Positions 44,489 through 54,821 of a stretch of 64,000 nucleotides of DNA are shown here, piece after piece. The position numbers and the translations under genes are program-made. Below the pieces are notes generated by a model that was given only the letters and a program-made list of their open reading frames with translations, did not search any database and was not told the origin of the DNA. The stretch comes from an uncultured Verrucomicrobiota bacterium (GTDB taxonomy: Bacteria; Verrucomicrobiota; Verrucomicrobiia; Limisphaerales; UBA9464), in assembly GCA_903939515.1 (NCBI GenBank), contig CAJAHH010000086.1, forward strand, positions 9,112 to 73,111, read 5' to 3'. Position 1 is the first letter of the stretch; every line of letters starts with the position of its first letter.

Positions 44489-45112
44489 ATGAATCCCCTC
44501 AAGATCTGTCTCCTCGCCATGACCACGGTTGCGCTTCCGATGTGGGCCGGTGATGCCAAGTCGCTCTTTGATGGAAAGACTCTCAAGGGCTGGGAAGGCG
44601 ACCTGAAAGTCTGGTCGGTTCAAGAGGGAGCCATCACGGCCGGCCGCATAGACCAGCGCGCCCAACGTAATGAGTTCCTCGCCAGCACCCGCAGTTACAC
44701 CAACTTCGTTCTACGCCTGCAGTTCAAGATCGAGGGGACCGAAGGATTCGTGAACTCCGGAGTCCAGATCCGCAGCGAACGCATCCCGAACCACCACGAG
44801 ATGGCTGGATACCAGGCCGACATTGGAGAGGGTTGGTATGGCGCGCTGTATGACGAATCCCGACGCAACACTATCCTCGCCAAACCCGATCCGGAAACCG
44901 TGAAGAAGGCCGTCAAACCGGGGCAATGGAACCAGTACGAAATTCGCGCCACAGGCAATCGAGTGACCCTGAAAATCAACGGTGTCCAAACCGTGGACTA
45001 CACAGAAAAAGATCCCAAGGTCGTGCCCCATGGCAAACTAGCAGTGCAAATCCACGGAGACGGAAAGACCCGAGTCCAATTCAAGGACCTCTCCATCGAA
45101 GAGTTACCCTAA
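44489..45112 (+). CDS. Exported DUF1080 (3-keto-disaccharide hydrolase-like) protein
   Basis: From the ATG at 44489: signal peptide MNPLKICLLAMTTVALPMWA, then LFDGKTLKGWEG...WSVQEGAI, NSGVQIRS, YQADIGEGWYGALYDE and WNQYEIRATGNRVTLKINGV. Confidence 0.85.
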   Translation: MNPLKICLLAMTTVALPMWAGDAKSLFDGKTLKGWEGDLKVWSVQEGAITAGRIDQRAQRNEFLASTRSYTNFVLRLQFKIEGTEGFVNSGVQIRSERIPNHHEMAGYQADIGEGWYGALYDESRRNTILAKPDPETVKKAVKPGQWNQYEIRATGNRVTLKINGVQTVDYTEKDPKVVPHGKLAVQIHGDGKTRVQFKDLSIEELP

Positions 45113-45142
45113 ACCTCAGTAGTCAGGCATACCAACGAACAA

Positions 45143-45164
45143 GGCCGCAGGAATCCCTGCGGCC
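45143..45164. terminator. Hairpin in the convergent spacer (possible bidirectional terminator)
   Basis: GGCCGCAGG-aatc-CCTGCGGCC is a perfect 9-bp stem. On the minus strand it is followed by TTGTTCGTTGGT. Confidence 0.5.
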
Positions 45165-45200
45165 CTCGTGTTAGTGACTCAATTGATGGAGCAAATTGAC

Positions 45201-45251
45201 TCGATCAATCAATCGATCAATCGATCAATCCATCAATCGATCGATCAATCC
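45201..45251. repeat. Imperfect tandem octamer repeat (TCGATCAA)n with five GATC sites
   Basis: tcgatcaa tcaa tcgatcaa tcgatcaa tccatcaa tcga tcgatcaa tcc. The last unit overlaps the stop codon of the kinase gene at 45245-45247. Confidence 0.9.
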
Positions 45252-46294
45252 TCGTTCGGTTCCAGGGGCGGACGCACACCGTACTTCTTCTTCAGCACTT
45301 CTACTTGCGCCAAGGTCTTCATACCTCCGGTGCAGGTGGGATCTGACAACGACGCGGCCGCCGCACAGACACCCGTGAGCAACGACTTCTGGAGATCCCA
45401 ACCCTCGTGGAGGCCCAACAGCACTCCGGCAGCAAATGCATCCCCGGCTCCCGCTGAACCGGCAATGGCCTTGACCGGAACCTTGAGCGACGGCTGCCAG
45501 TGGTCCTTGCCGTCACGAGTGCGGGCGAAACAGCCCTCCGGAAAGTGGATCACTACCAGTTCCTTGACGCCAAACTGGAGAATGGCTCCCGCCGCATGGC
45601 GCAGTGAAACCGTGTCCAGAACACCTTCCTTGCGAATGCGGAAACCCGTCACCATTCCGGCCTCATACTCATTGATAATCGCGTAGTCGCAGTGCTTGAG
45701 CGCTGGCGTCACCACGGTCTTGAAGCGGTCACCTGTTTCACTGACCACGTCGATGCTGGTCTTCATGCCGGCCGCTTGGGCGGCCGCCAACAGCTTGGCT
45801 GCGGCCGTGGTGCCGTCTTTCGAAACGACATCCATCTTGTCGAGCAGCAGCAGGTAGCCCAAATGAAAGATACGAGCCTTGATCTTCGAGAAATCGAGAT
45901 CCTTACCGTCCCACAGCGCATTGGCTCCGCGGTAGTGAAAGAAGGTGCGCTTACCGTTCGATTGAACGGTGAAGACATCGGTGTAACTTGTTTCAGCCTC
46001 TACGGTGGACTTCAGGTACCGGGTATCAATCTTGTGCTTGGCACAGTCTTCTTGAATGGAGGCTCCCATGGCATCTTTGCCCACGAGACCAGCACCCAGA
46101 AGCGGAAACTCCACCCCTAGCTTGGCTAGATCCAGAAGTACATTGTAGGGGGAGCCTCCAGTACCTTGGTGTTGGCTTTTGATGTTGGCCAGTTGTTCGA
46201 GCCCGGGATAGGCATCGACAATCTTGACCCGGTCGATGATCCAGTTGCCACCAGCAAGAATACCGGAGCGCTTGGAGACGGAGTTGCTCTTCAT
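45245..46294 (-). CDS. PfkB-family carbohydrate kinase
   Basis: GGSPYNVLLDLAKLG near the N-terminus and the SAGAGDAFAAGVLLGL signature near the C-terminus. Confidence 0.85.
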   Translation of the reverse strand: MKSNSVSKRSGILAGGNWIIDRVKIVDAYPGLEQLANIKSQHQGTGGSPYNVLLDLAKLGVEFPLLGAGLVGKDAMGASIQEDCAKHKIDTRYLKSTVEAETSYTDVFTVQSNGKRTFFHYRGANALWDGKDLDFSKIKARIFHLGYLLLLDKMDVVSKDGTTAAAKLLAAAQAAGMKTSIDVVSETGDRFKTVVTPALKHCDYAIINEYEAGMVTGFRIRKEGVLDTVSLRHAAGAILQFGVKELVVIHFPEGCFARTRDGKDHWQPSLKVPVKAIAGSAGAGDAFAAGVLLGLHEGWDLQKSLLTGVCAAAASLSDPTCTGGMKTLAQVEVLKKKYGVRPPLEPNED

Positions 46295-46551
46295 CGGAAA
46301 TGGAGACGGCTAAACAAAAACAGAAAGGACGATTGGACTGCCCAACCTTACACGGATGCAGTCGCCGTTGTCTCTAAGGATTTCTGGGAGACCGAAGCAA
46401 CGAAGCAACGGGCCTCCGCCAAACGCTCCGGGCTTGAGACCCTGAAGGCTCAGAGATCGCCACGAGGTTCAGAAAACCTTCACCTCACGGGAACGCCTCT
46501 TGTGTCAACGGCTGAGACCTCGTTAAGGTCTTGTTAATTCCCTCCTGCCCT

Positions 46552-49080
46552 ATGCGTCTGCCCCTAACATTCTGGATGGCTGCCCTGTGCGTGGGGGTAT
46601 CCTTGCCCTGCCCTGCCCTGCACTCCGCCGAACGTGGCTCCGACAAACCGATCCCAGCCCTTCCTTCGGTGCCGGCCATCCGTTCGCTGAAACTAGAACC
46701 CAACCGGCTCACGCTGCTCGATGGGCGAGATTCACGGAAGGTACTAGTGCTAGGGGAATGTGCCGACGGTTCCTGGATCGATCTCAGCGCGGTGGCCCGT
46801 TTGAAGCCCGAGTCGGCCGCCCTTGAAGTGGATAGCGATGGCTATTTGTTCTCCCGCCAGGCTGGAAAATCGGCCGTCATGATCACCGCTGCCGGCAAGA
46901 GCATTCGCTTGGAGGTCGAGGTCCTCAGCATCGCTTCCCCCGAAGTGGGTTTCGTTCGGGACATCGAGCCCATCCTGAGCCGCACCGGCTGCAACTCCGG
47001 ACCCTGCCATGGTTCGGCCAAGGGGAAAAACGGCTTCAAACTGGCGCTGCGCGGCTACGATCCGGAATACGATTACCAAGCACTGATCAACGACTTGAGC
47101 GGACGACGCTTCAACCGTGTCCATGTCGATGAATCACTCATGCTGCAGAAACCCTTGGCAGATATTCCCCACGAGGGGCGTCAGGCGCTGGTGCCCGGTT
47201 CGCGCTACCACAAGACCCTGCGTCAATGGATCTCCGAAGGGGCCCACTTCCAGCAGGTCTCCTCCAATCGGCCTACCCGCATCCAAATTCTTCCGGAGAA
47301 GGTCGAGCTCGATCTACCCGGTCGTCGCCATCAATTCCTGGTGGTCGCCACTTATCCCGATGGTTCCACCCGCGATGTGACCCGTGAGGCCGTCCTGAGT
47401 AGCAACAATGAGGAAGTGGCCCTCGTCCAAGGCAGCACAGTAATTCCGCTGCGCCGAGGCGAGATGGCCGTGCTAGTTCGCTATGAAGGACTCTACGATG
47501 CGCGCGAGGTCACCGTCATGGGAGACCGCACCGGGTTCCGGTTCGCCGCGATGCCGGAGTACAACTTCGTCGACCGGGCGGTGAACGCGAAACTGGAGCG
47601 CCTGAAGATGAACCCCAGCGAACTGTGCAACGACGCTGAGTTTATTCGCCGGGTCTTTTTGGACATCACCGGCCAACCCCCGACCTCCGAAACGGTAAGG
47701 GCCTTTCTGAGCGACCCCACCGATTCCCCGAAGAAGCGGGAGAAGTTGGTAGATAGCCTCATCGGATCCAACGCGTACTCGGAATTCTGGGCCAACAAGT
47801 TTGCCGACCTGCTCCAGTGCAACTCCGAAAACCTCGGTAAAAAAGGTGTTTGGGTATTCCGAAGCTGGATCCGTGACCAGTTTGCGACGAACCGCCCCTT
47901 CGATCAATTTGCCCGTGAACTGGTACTCGCCAAGGGCAGCACCTTTGAAAACCCAGCCGGGAATTACCTCAGAGCTCTGCGCGATTCCGGCAAGATGACC
48001 GAGGATATCTCACAAACGTTTCTCGGGGTGCGTTTCAACTGCAACAAGTGCCATGATCACCCCTTCGAGCGCTGGACCCAGAACCAGTACTACGAATTCG
48101 GCGCATTCTTCGCCCAAGTAGCCTTCAAGCGTGGAACCCTCGGCCGCGACCACCTCATCCGCACGGGTGAGTCGTACGCCTATGAACAGGTCTCCGAGGA
48201 GGTCGTCTACCACAACGACCAGGGGGGCGAGATCAAGCACCCAAAGGATGACGCGGTAGTAGCCCCCAAAGTGCCCTATGGCGAAAACCGATCCATCGCC
48301 CCGGGGGAAGACCGCCGGGAGGCGTTTGCTGCTTGGCTCACCTCCAAGGACAATCCGTACTTCGCCAAATCGACGGTGAACCGATTTTGGAGCTACTTCT
48401 TTGGACGCGGGATTATCGACCCGGTGGATGACATCCGCGCGGGAAATCCTGCGAGCAATCCCGCCCTACTGGATGCCCTCACGACCCGTTTTGTGGCCGA
48501 CGGGCACGATGTCCGAAAACTCATCCGCTATTTGGTCCTGTCGCGGACTTACCAACTGAGCATTGTGCCCAATCGTTGGAACGAAGACGACTTGGTCAAC
48601 TTCTCGCATTCCTTGCCCCGTCGACTGAGCGCCGAGCAAATGCTGGACTCCATCGCCATGGCCACGGGCCGGCCTTTGCAATTCTCCAACCTTCCCGACG
48701 GTTTGCGCGCCGCACAGTTGCCGGATGGTATGGTGGCCGGAAACGATTTCCTCACGCTCTTCGGACGCCCCAAGCGCCAGAGTGCTTGCGAATGTGAGCG
48801 CAGCAGCAATGTGACACTCTCCCACGCCTTGAACTTGATCAACGGCAAGACCTTGGGCGATTGCGTGAACCACGCTGACAACCGTTTTGCGAGACTCGTC
48901 GCTGAACAATCCGACGACCTAAAGGTCATCGAAGAAATTTATCTCAGCTGCCTCTGCCGACTTCCGACTTCCAAAGAATTGAACTCCATCCGCCTCGGCG
49001 CAGGAACCCAACGCCTGGAAGGGGCCCAAGATTTGGCGTGGGCGCTTATTAACAGCCCGGCCTTCCTGTTCAATCGCTGA
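46552..49080 (+). CDS. DUF1549/DUF1553 (PSCyt2/PSD1) protein with an N-terminal Ig-like region
   Basis: From the ATG at 46552 there is a signal peptide, then [26 protein letters not shown]. The DUF1549 core is [28 protein letters not shown] and the DUF1553 core is [27 protein letters not shown]. Confidence 0.88.
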   Translation: MRLPLTFWMAALCVGVSLPCPALHSAERGSDKPIPALPSVPAIRSLKLEPNRLTLLDGRDSRKVLVLGECADGSWIDLSAVARLKPESAALEVDSDGYLFSRQAGKSAVMITAAGKSIRLEVEVLSIASPEVGFVRDIEPILSRTGCNSGPCHGSAKGKNGFKLALRGYDPEYDYQALINDLSGRRFNRVHVDESLMLQKPLADIPHEGRQALVPGSRYHKTLRQWISEGAHFQQVSSNRPTRIQILPEKVELDLPGRRHQFLVVATYPDGSTRDVTREAVLSSNNEEVALVQGSTVIPLRRGEMAVLVRYEGLYDAREVTVMGDRTGFRFAAMPEYNFVDRAVNAKLERLKMNPSELCNDAEFIRRVFLDITGQPPTSETVRAFLSDPTDSPKKREKLVDSLIGSNAYSEFWANKFADLLQCNSENLGKKGVWVFRSWIRDQFATNRPFDQFARELVLAKGSTFENPAGNYLRALRDSGKMTEDISQTFLGVRFNCNKCHDHPFERWTQNQYYEFGAFFAQVAFKRGTLGRDHLIRTGESYAYEQVSEEVVYHNDQGGEIKHPKDDAVVAPKVPYGENRSIAPGEDRREAFAAWLTSKDNPYFAKSTVNRFWSYFFGRGIIDPVDDIRAGNPASNPALLDALTTRFVADGHDVRKLIRYLVLSRTYQLSIVPNRWNEDDLVNFSHSLPRRLSAEQMLDSIAMATGRPLQFSNLPDGLRAAQLPDGMVAGNDFLTLFGRPKRQSACECERSSNVTLSHALNLINGKTLGDCVNHADNRFARLVAEQSDDLKVIEEIYLSCLCRLPTSKELNSIRLGAGTQRLEGAQDLAWALINSPAFLFNR

Positions 49081-49111
49081 CCCTGAGAGAAAACCACACA
49101 CCCATCCCCAC

Positions 49112-50566
49112 ATGATCTCTATCCCTGGTCTCTCTGGCGCCACCTGCGACGGTTACAGCCGCCGAGAATTTATGCGCCTCGGCGGTGCCGGCCTGCTCGG
49201 TCTGAGCCTGGCCGATATACTGCGCCTCCAAGCCGAACAACCCAAGACCACCGGCCCCGCGCCCGGCCAACCCAAGAACGGCTGGGGATCGGCCAAACAG
49301 GTCTTGATGATTTACCTGCAGGGAGGTCCGAGCCATATCGACATCTGGGATCCGAAGCCGGACGCCCCGTCCAATGTCCGCGGCGACTTCAAGCCGATCC
49401 GAACCAAAGTGCCCGGCATCCAGCTCAGCGAAGTCATGCCGAAGTTGGCCCAGCAAATCGACCGCGCCACACTGATCCGCTCGATGAGCTACACGCCGGC
49501 TGGGCTCTTCAATCACACGGCGGCTATTTACCAAATCATGACCGGCTACACGCCGGACCGCGTCTCGCCCTCGGGTCAGTTAGAACCCCCGGCCCCCAAT
49601 GACTTCCCGCACATGGGCTCTCAGATTTCCCGGCTCAAGCCGCTGGACATCCCGATGCTGCCCTTTGTGATGCTGCCGCGACCGCTTCAGGAATCGAATG
49701 TCATCGGCAAGGGCGGTACGGCCGGTTTCCTGGGAGCCGCCTACGATCCGTACTACTTCTATCAGGATCCGGCCAAGATCATCAACCTGGACGACCTCAC
49801 GCTGCGCAAAGAAATTAGCAAGGAACGCCTCGACCGCCGCTCCACCCTCCTGAAGGCGGTCAACGATGCTATGCCGGAGATGGAGAAGGCCGTCGAAAAG
49901 TATGCCTTAGATCGTTATTATCAGAAGGCCTTCGACCTCGTGAGCAGCGGTCGCGCCCGGGATGCCTTCGACCTGTCTAAAGAAAAGGACAGCCTGCGTG
50001 ACAAGTACGGCCGTCACACCTTCGGACAAGGTCTGCTCCTGGCCCGCCGCCTTCTCGAATCTGGGACCCGCTTCGTGCAAATGAACTGGCCCGCTGTGGC
50101 CAATGGCGATCCCACCGTCGACGCCTGGGACACCCATGCCGCCAACTTCGGCCCATTGCGCAACCTGCACTGCCCCAAACTCGACTCCGGCCTCAGCGCC
50201 CTGCTGGAAGACCTCGACGAGCGGGGTCTGCTAAAAGAAACCCTGGTGGTGGCCCTGGGCGAGTTCGGGCGGAGCCCACGCCTCGGCGTCAGCACCAGTG
50301 GTAACACGAATTCCCCGGACGGCCGTGATCACTGGCCTTATTGCTACACAGCGCTCATCGCAGGTGCCGGCATCCGCCGTGGAGCCTTGTACGGCAAATC
50401 AGATGCCACCGGATCCTCGCCCATCGAGACCCCGGTCCACCCCACCCAGATCGTGGCCACCGTGTACCACGCGCTGGGCATTGACCCTCACACGATGGTC
50501 ATGAATCACTTGAACCAACCGCGTGAACTAGTCCAAGCCGAACCCGTGAGCGCCCTTTTCGGCTGA
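49112..50566 (+). CDS. Tat-exported DUF1501 protein (sulfatase/phosphatase-fold family)
   Basis: Twin-arginine leader [19 protein letters not shown], then [18 protein letters not shown] and GRDHWP. Confidence 0.88.
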   Translation: MISIPGLSGATCDGYSRREFMRLGGAGLLGLSLADILRLQAEQPKTTGPAPGQPKNGWGSAKQVLMIYLQGGPSHIDIWDPKPDAPSNVRGDFKPIRTKVPGIQLSEVMPKLAQQIDRATLIRSMSYTPAGLFNHTAAIYQIMTGYTPDRVSPSGQLEPPAPNDFPHMGSQISRLKPLDIPMLPFVMLPRPLQESNVIGKGGTAGFLGAAYDPYYFYQDPAKIINLDDLTLRKEISKERLDRRSTLLKAVNDAMPEMEKAVEKYALDRYYQKAFDLVSSGRARDAFDLSKEKDSLRDKYGRHTFGQGLLLARRLLESGTRFVQMNWPAVANGDPTVDAWDTHAANFGPLRNLHCPKLDSGLSALLEDLDERGLLKETLVVALGEFGRSPRLGVSTSGNTNSPDGRDHWPYCYTALIAGAGIRRGALYGKSDATGSSPIETPVHPTQIVATVYHALGIDPHTMVMNHLNQPRELVQAEPVSALFG

Positions 50567-50639
50567 GCCCGCCCCTCCGCCACAAAGCCCATTTCCCCAA
50601 CGACCCAGACCGCACCCTCGGAAGCCCTGCTGTTTTTTC

Positions 50640-53033
50640 ATGAGATTCACCCTCACCTTGGTGTCAGCGCTGCTCGCGCTCCCGAGCCTCTTTGCACAAT
50701 CGGCACCCAAGTTGGATTCCTCATCGGTGACTTGGATCCAACGGGGATCCACTCAACATATTACCCTCAAGGGAGATGCTCTGAGCGGAATCTCCAAGGT
50801 GCTGGTCACCGGATCCGGGATGAGCGCGACGCCGGTCGCTCCCACGGCACCGGCTGTAAGCCTCGAAGGAGGGGCCGGTAGCCTCACGAGCGCCCCCATC
50901 AATTCTGCCCAATCGATCACACTCCAATGCGTGGTCTCTTCGGAGGCGGCCCTCGGATCGCGTGAGCTGCGGGTCGCTAGCCCGAACGGCGTCTCGAACC
51001 CTCTGGTGTTCCAACTGAGCGATCTCGTCGAATTGGCCGATCCCACAACCAACACCAACCGGTCCAATGCCCTCATTATTCCATTACCCGCGGCCGTCTC
51101 CGGAGTCATCAGCGCCAACACCGAATCCGACTTCTTCCGATTCAAGGCCCGTGCCGGAAAAACCCTCATCTTCGATCTTCAAGCCAACCGCAGCGGATCT
51201 CCCCTAGACGCAAACCTCATACTACGTAGCGCTGACGGGAAAGAGCTACAGCGCAGCGAAGACGCCCACGGGCTAGACCCATTTCTCGAGTTCACGCCCG
51301 CAGCCGATGGGGAGTTCCTACTCGAACTCCATGACTTGCGTTTCCAGGGAGGTGGCGACTACCGCTACCGACTGGTCGCCGGAAATATTCCCTACCTGGA
51401 ATCCTTCTTTCCATTCGGCGGCAAACGAGGTGGCTCGGTCGCTTTGCAATGGGCAGGCAAAAATCTCGATGGCGTTGAGACACTGCCTGTCCAAATTGCA
51501 CCCAATGCGCCCTTAGGGCTTCAGGAGGTGCGCGCTCGAACGCCCCACGGATTTTCTAATCCCGCCAGTTTTGAGGTGGGCGATCTGGACGAATCTGCGG
51601 AGGCCGAACCCAACAACGCCCCGGATCAGGCCCAGAGTCTGACCTGGCCCCGAGTGGTCAATGGCCGTATCGGCGCTGAGAAAGATGTGGATGTCTTCCG
51701 CTTCAAAGCCGTCGCCAACCAAAAGTGGGTAATCGAGGTGAAGGCCCGTTCTCTGGGCTCACGACTCGACGCACTCCTAACCCTCTCGGACACGAACGGA
51801 GCTGTCCTCCAACGCAATGACGACGCCTCGGGCCCAGATGCACGCATCGAGTTCGAAGCCAAAAAGGACGTCGAATACCGAGTCACCCTTCGGGATTTAA
51901 CCCATCGGGGTGGAGATCGCTTCGGCTATCGGATGAGCTTCCAGGCCCCGGATGTAGCAGCAGATTTCAACGTCCGTACGACCGGCGGCCGATTCCGTGT
52001 CGCCCGCGGAGGCTCGGTAGCCGTTCGCTGCGAGGTGGACCGCCGCAATGGGTTCGACGGATTGATCCGCATCGAGCCCGAAGGCTTGCCACCAGGCGTC
52101 TGGGCTCCCCCGCTCATTCTTGGCCCGAGCACATCCATCGGTTGGTGGGTGATCTCGGCCAATGCAGACGCGCCCCTGGGGTACACTCCTCTCAAGGCCT
52201 CTGCCAGCGGAGACCACTCGGGCAAGGCGGTTGTTCACGCGGTTCAGTTCTCTGAGTCGGCGTGGCTGACAGTTCTGCCAGCAGTGCCCTTCGACCTGAG
52301 TGTCGCGCCCAACAGTTTATTGGCTGAACAAAATACCAATACGGTTTTGGAAGTCCGGATCAACCGCAGGGATCATTTCGAGGGCGAAATCCGGATTCTG
52401 GCCGAGCAATTGCCTGGGATCACAATCCCTGCCGTCACACTGGCGCCCGGACAGACACGCACCCAAGTCCCGCTGCAAGTCGCACAAAATGCCGAGACCG
52501 GACTACGCTCTGTCATGATCCGCGCCGAGGCTACGGTGCAGGGTCAAAGCGTTTCCACCCACTCGACGGCACCGGTGTCTTTGACAGTCCAGCCCATCCC
52601 CCTGTTCCTCACGGCCATGTTGCCAGGATCCCCCTTCTTCCGCACCGACCCGGTCCGATTGTCAGCCGTCGCCTTGCCGGACGGCACCCAGTCCGAAGCC
52701 AATCAGACCCAGTTCGTGGTCAAGGTGGAGCGACGTGGATTGACCGGTGAAATCCAATTGCACCTAGAAAATCTACCCAAGGGCGTGGAGGCTCAAGTGC
52801 CGACCATCCTCACCAACAAGACTGAGGCGACCATTCAATTGAAAGTTTCCCAGAAGGCTGAGACGGGCAAGGAACACTCGTTCCGGGTCGTAGCTAGTGC
52901 CTCCCATCAAGATCGTGTCTGGCGTCAGAAAACCCAACCGATCCTCCTCACTCTCACCGCCCAAGAACCCGAGGCGCCTAAGCCGCCCACCAAAACCGCC
53001 GACAGACCTGCCACCGAAAAAGCCCAGCCATGA
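50640..53033 (+). CDS. Exported multidomain protein with two pre-peptidase C-terminal (PPC) domains
   Basis: Signal peptide MRFTLTLVSALLALPSLFA. PPC-like units are SDFFRFKARAGKTLIFDLQANRSGSPLDANLILRSADGKEL and EPNNAPDQAQ...VDVFRFKAVANQKWVIEVKARSLGSRLDALLTLSDTNG. The rest looks Ig/beta-sandwich-like. Confidence 0.65.
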   Translation: MRFTLTLVSALLALPSLFAQSAPKLDSSSVTWIQRGSTQHITLKGDALSGISKVLVTGSGMSATPVAPTAPAVSLEGGAGSLTSAPINSAQSITLQCVVSSEAALGSRELRVASPNGVSNPLVFQLSDLVELADPTTNTNRSNALIIPLPAAVSGVISANTESDFFRFKARAGKTLIFDLQANRSGSPLDANLILRSADGKELQRSEDAHGLDPFLEFTPAADGEFLLELHDLRFQGGGDYRYRLVAGNIPYLESFFPFGGKRGGSVALQWAGKNLDGVETLPVQIAPNAPLGLQEVRARTPHGFSNPASFEVGDLDESAEAEPNNAPDQAQSLTWPRVVNGRIGAEKDVDVFRFKAVANQKWVIEVKARSLGSRLDALLTLSDTNGAVLQRNDDASGPDARIEFEAKKDVEYRVTLRDLTHRGGDRFGYRMSFQAPDVAADFNVRTTGGRFRVARGGSVAVRCEVDRRNGFDGLIRIEPEGLPPGVWAPPLILGPSTSIGWWVISANADAPLGYTPLKASASGDHSGKAVVHAVQFSESAWLTVLPAVPFDLSVAPNSLLAEQNTNTVLEVRINRRDHFEGEIRILAEQLPGITIPAVTLAPGQTRTQVPLQVAQNAETGLRSVMIRAEATVQGQSVSTHSTAPVSLTVQPIPLFLTAMLPGSPFFRTDPVRLSAVALPDGTQSEANQTQFVVKVERRGLTGEIQLHLENLPKGVEAQVPTILTNKTEATIQLKVSQKAETGKEHSFRVVASASHQDRVWRQKTQPILLTLTAQEPEAPKPPTKTADRPATEKAQP

Positions 53034-54424
53034 ACTCCTTCCTGCTTTCCACCTTGGGGCCTTCCGTCCGGCGCAGTTCTCTGATCCTAGGACTCTTGGT
53101 CTCAAATTCTTTAGTTGTCGCCGCAGAAACATCGGTCTCGTGGTGGCGCGATGTAACGCCGGTCTTCAAACGCTCCTGCAACGGATGCCACAACCCCAAC
53201 AAACTCAAGGGCGAGGTGGACACCTCCACGTTTGCGGGCCTGATGAAGCACGGGAAGCACGGGGCGAACCTCGTAGTCGGTGATCCCGCTAAATCACTAC
53301 TCATCACATCAATCGCAGGCAAGGAACCGGAAATGCCTAAGGAGGGAGACGCCCTGTCTGCGCAGGAGGTAGCCCTCATTACCCGCTGGATTCAAGAAGG
53401 AGCCAAGGATGACACCCCGGCTGACGCCTATTCGACACGCCTGAAGGAACCACCCACGTACACCCAACCCCCGGTCATTAGCACGCTGGACGTGTCCCCG
53501 GATGGCGCTCGATTGGCAGTGGCCGGTTACCATGAGGTCTTGCTCATCGACACAGCCTCTTGGGAACTGGCAAGCCGCCTCGTGGGTGAATCCCCGCGCA
53601 TCGAGTCGGTAGCCTTTTCGCCAGACGGCAAATCGCTGGCCGTCAGCGGCGGAGCCCCGGCCCGATTCGGTGAAATTCAGATATGGAATGTTCCCGAGGC
53701 ACGTCAAATCCAAGGTTTTCGAAGGACACCCGACTCTCTCTTCGGCATTTCCTGGTCCCCCGACGCCACCCGCGTGGCCACCGGTGGTGCCGATAAGAGC
53801 GTCCGGGTGACGCGCATCTCCGACGGCCAAGAACTCATGAAGTTCGAGAACCACGGCGACTGGGTATTCCGCACCGCATGGGTCGCCGACGGAACCCGAC
53901 TCCTGAGTGCCAGTCGGGACCGGGCCATGAAGCTCATCGACGCCTCGAGCGGGCAGTTCATCGACGACGTCAACAAACTCCTCGAGCCCATCGACTGCAT
54001 GGCTCGGCATCCCCGTGAAGATTGGGCAGCCTATGGTGGAGCCCAGGGCGGTCTCCGCGTTTACAAAGCCAAGGAGAACCAGGACCGGACTTCCGGAAAC
54101 AACGATGTAAACTTGGTGCGCGAGTTCGAGCGCCAACCCAGCCCGGTGCAATCCGTGGCCTTCAGTCCCGATGGCTCTCTCTTGGCCGCCGGCAACACCG
54201 GTTCCGAAGTGCGGATCTACGAGACGGCCACTGGCAAGAGACGCAGCACACTGTCGGGACATGCAGGAGCGGTTTTTGCTCTCAAATTTTCCCCCGACGG
54301 TCAGCGACTCTACTCGGCTGGGTTCGAAGGGATCGTGCGAGTCTTCGATCCTGCCACGGGGAGCCTGAAGGTCATTTTCTTCCCCGTGCCCCTGACTCCG
54401 GTCCGACAAACAGCCAAAAACTGA
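53030..54424 (+). CDS. Planctomycete-type cytochrome c domain (CxxCH) fused to WD40 repeats
   Basis: WWRDVTPVFKRSCNGCHNPNKLKG, then WD40-like units (FSPDGKSLAVSGG...IQIWNV; WSPDATRVATGGADKSVRV; FSPDGSLLAAGNTGSEVRIYE; FSPDGQRLYSAGFEGIVRVFD). The start overlaps the upstream stop (ATGA). Confidence 0.85.
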   Translation: MNSFLLSTLGPSVRRSSLILGLLVSNSLVVAAETSVSWWRDVTPVFKRSCNGCHNPNKLKGEVDTSTFAGLMKHGKHGANLVVGDPAKSLLITSIAGKEPEMPKEGDALSAQEVALITRWIQEGAKDDTPADAYSTRLKEPPTYTQPPVISTLDVSPDGARLAVAGYHEVLLIDTASWELASRLVGESPRIESVAFSPDGKSLAVSGGAPARFGEIQIWNVPEARQIQGFRRTPDSLFGISWSPDATRVATGGADKSVRVTRISDGQELMKFENHGDWVFRTAWVADGTRLLSASRDRAMKLIDASSGQFIDDVNKLLEPIDCMARHPREDWAAYGGAQGGLRVYKAKENQDRTSGNNDVNLVREFERQPSPVQSVAFSPDGSLLAAGNTGSEVRIYETATGKRRSTLSGHAGAVFALKFSPDGQRLYSAGFEGIVRVFDPATGSLKVIFFPVPLTPVRQTAKN

Positions 54425-54665
54425 GCGGGGTCGCCAGTGGGCTTAACGCCCCCCTCTGAGTGCCACGAACGGTCTCAGCCGAGATCGAGGGGGGATCGTC
54501 CCAGTCGTCGAACGCTCTGCGACGCTGGGGCCCTGCTTGTCGAAGAGTTTATAGCAACCAAGTAGAGTGCAGCGTGACACGGAGACCCCGACACCGTAAG
54601 CTGCGGAATCCAGCGGGGAAACTTCCATCCCGCAGATATAGCCAACCTCCGACTCCACCAATCAC

Positions 54666-54791
54666 ATGGGCGACCGCTCACCTAAGGACAACAGTAAGAA
54701 GACCGGCCAGAAACAGGCCAAGGCCACCAGCGCTGACCAGAAGAAGAAATCCCAAGTCGCCGCCAAGGCTGCTGCCGCTAAGAAGAAGTAA
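54666..54791 (+). CDS. Unannotated 41-aa Lys/Ala-rich small ORF (putative)
   Basis: ATG at 54666, TAA at 54789-54791: MGDRSPKDNSKKTGQKQAKATSADQKKKSQVAAKAAAAKKK (12 Lys). It is below the ORF-track size cutoff. Third positions are mostly G/C, as in neighbouring genes. I saw no obvious Shine-Dalgarno sequence. Confidence 0.4.
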   Translation: MGDRSPKDNSKKTGQKQAKATSADQKKKSQVAAKAAAAKKK

Positions 54792-54821
54792 GGTTTCGTC
54801 TATTGGGCCCCGTCCGAACGC

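Noticed and set aside
45168-45686. Plus-strand ORFs reading through the octamer repeat (…QSINRSIHQSIDQS…)
   Set aside because: The repetitive peptide is simply the translated TCGATCAA repeat. The rest is antisense to the PfkB kinase gene, which has the GAGD signature.
53309-54409. 366-aa minus-strand ORF antisense to the cytochrome-c/WD40 gene. The same situation applies at 62233-63003, 41031-41891, 36955-37740, 28153-28827, 59362-60027 and 60135-60779.
   Set aside because: Each lies wholly within a well-supported gene on the other strand and shows low-complexity, Arg/Gly/Ala-rich translations. I treat them as antisense shadow ORFs.
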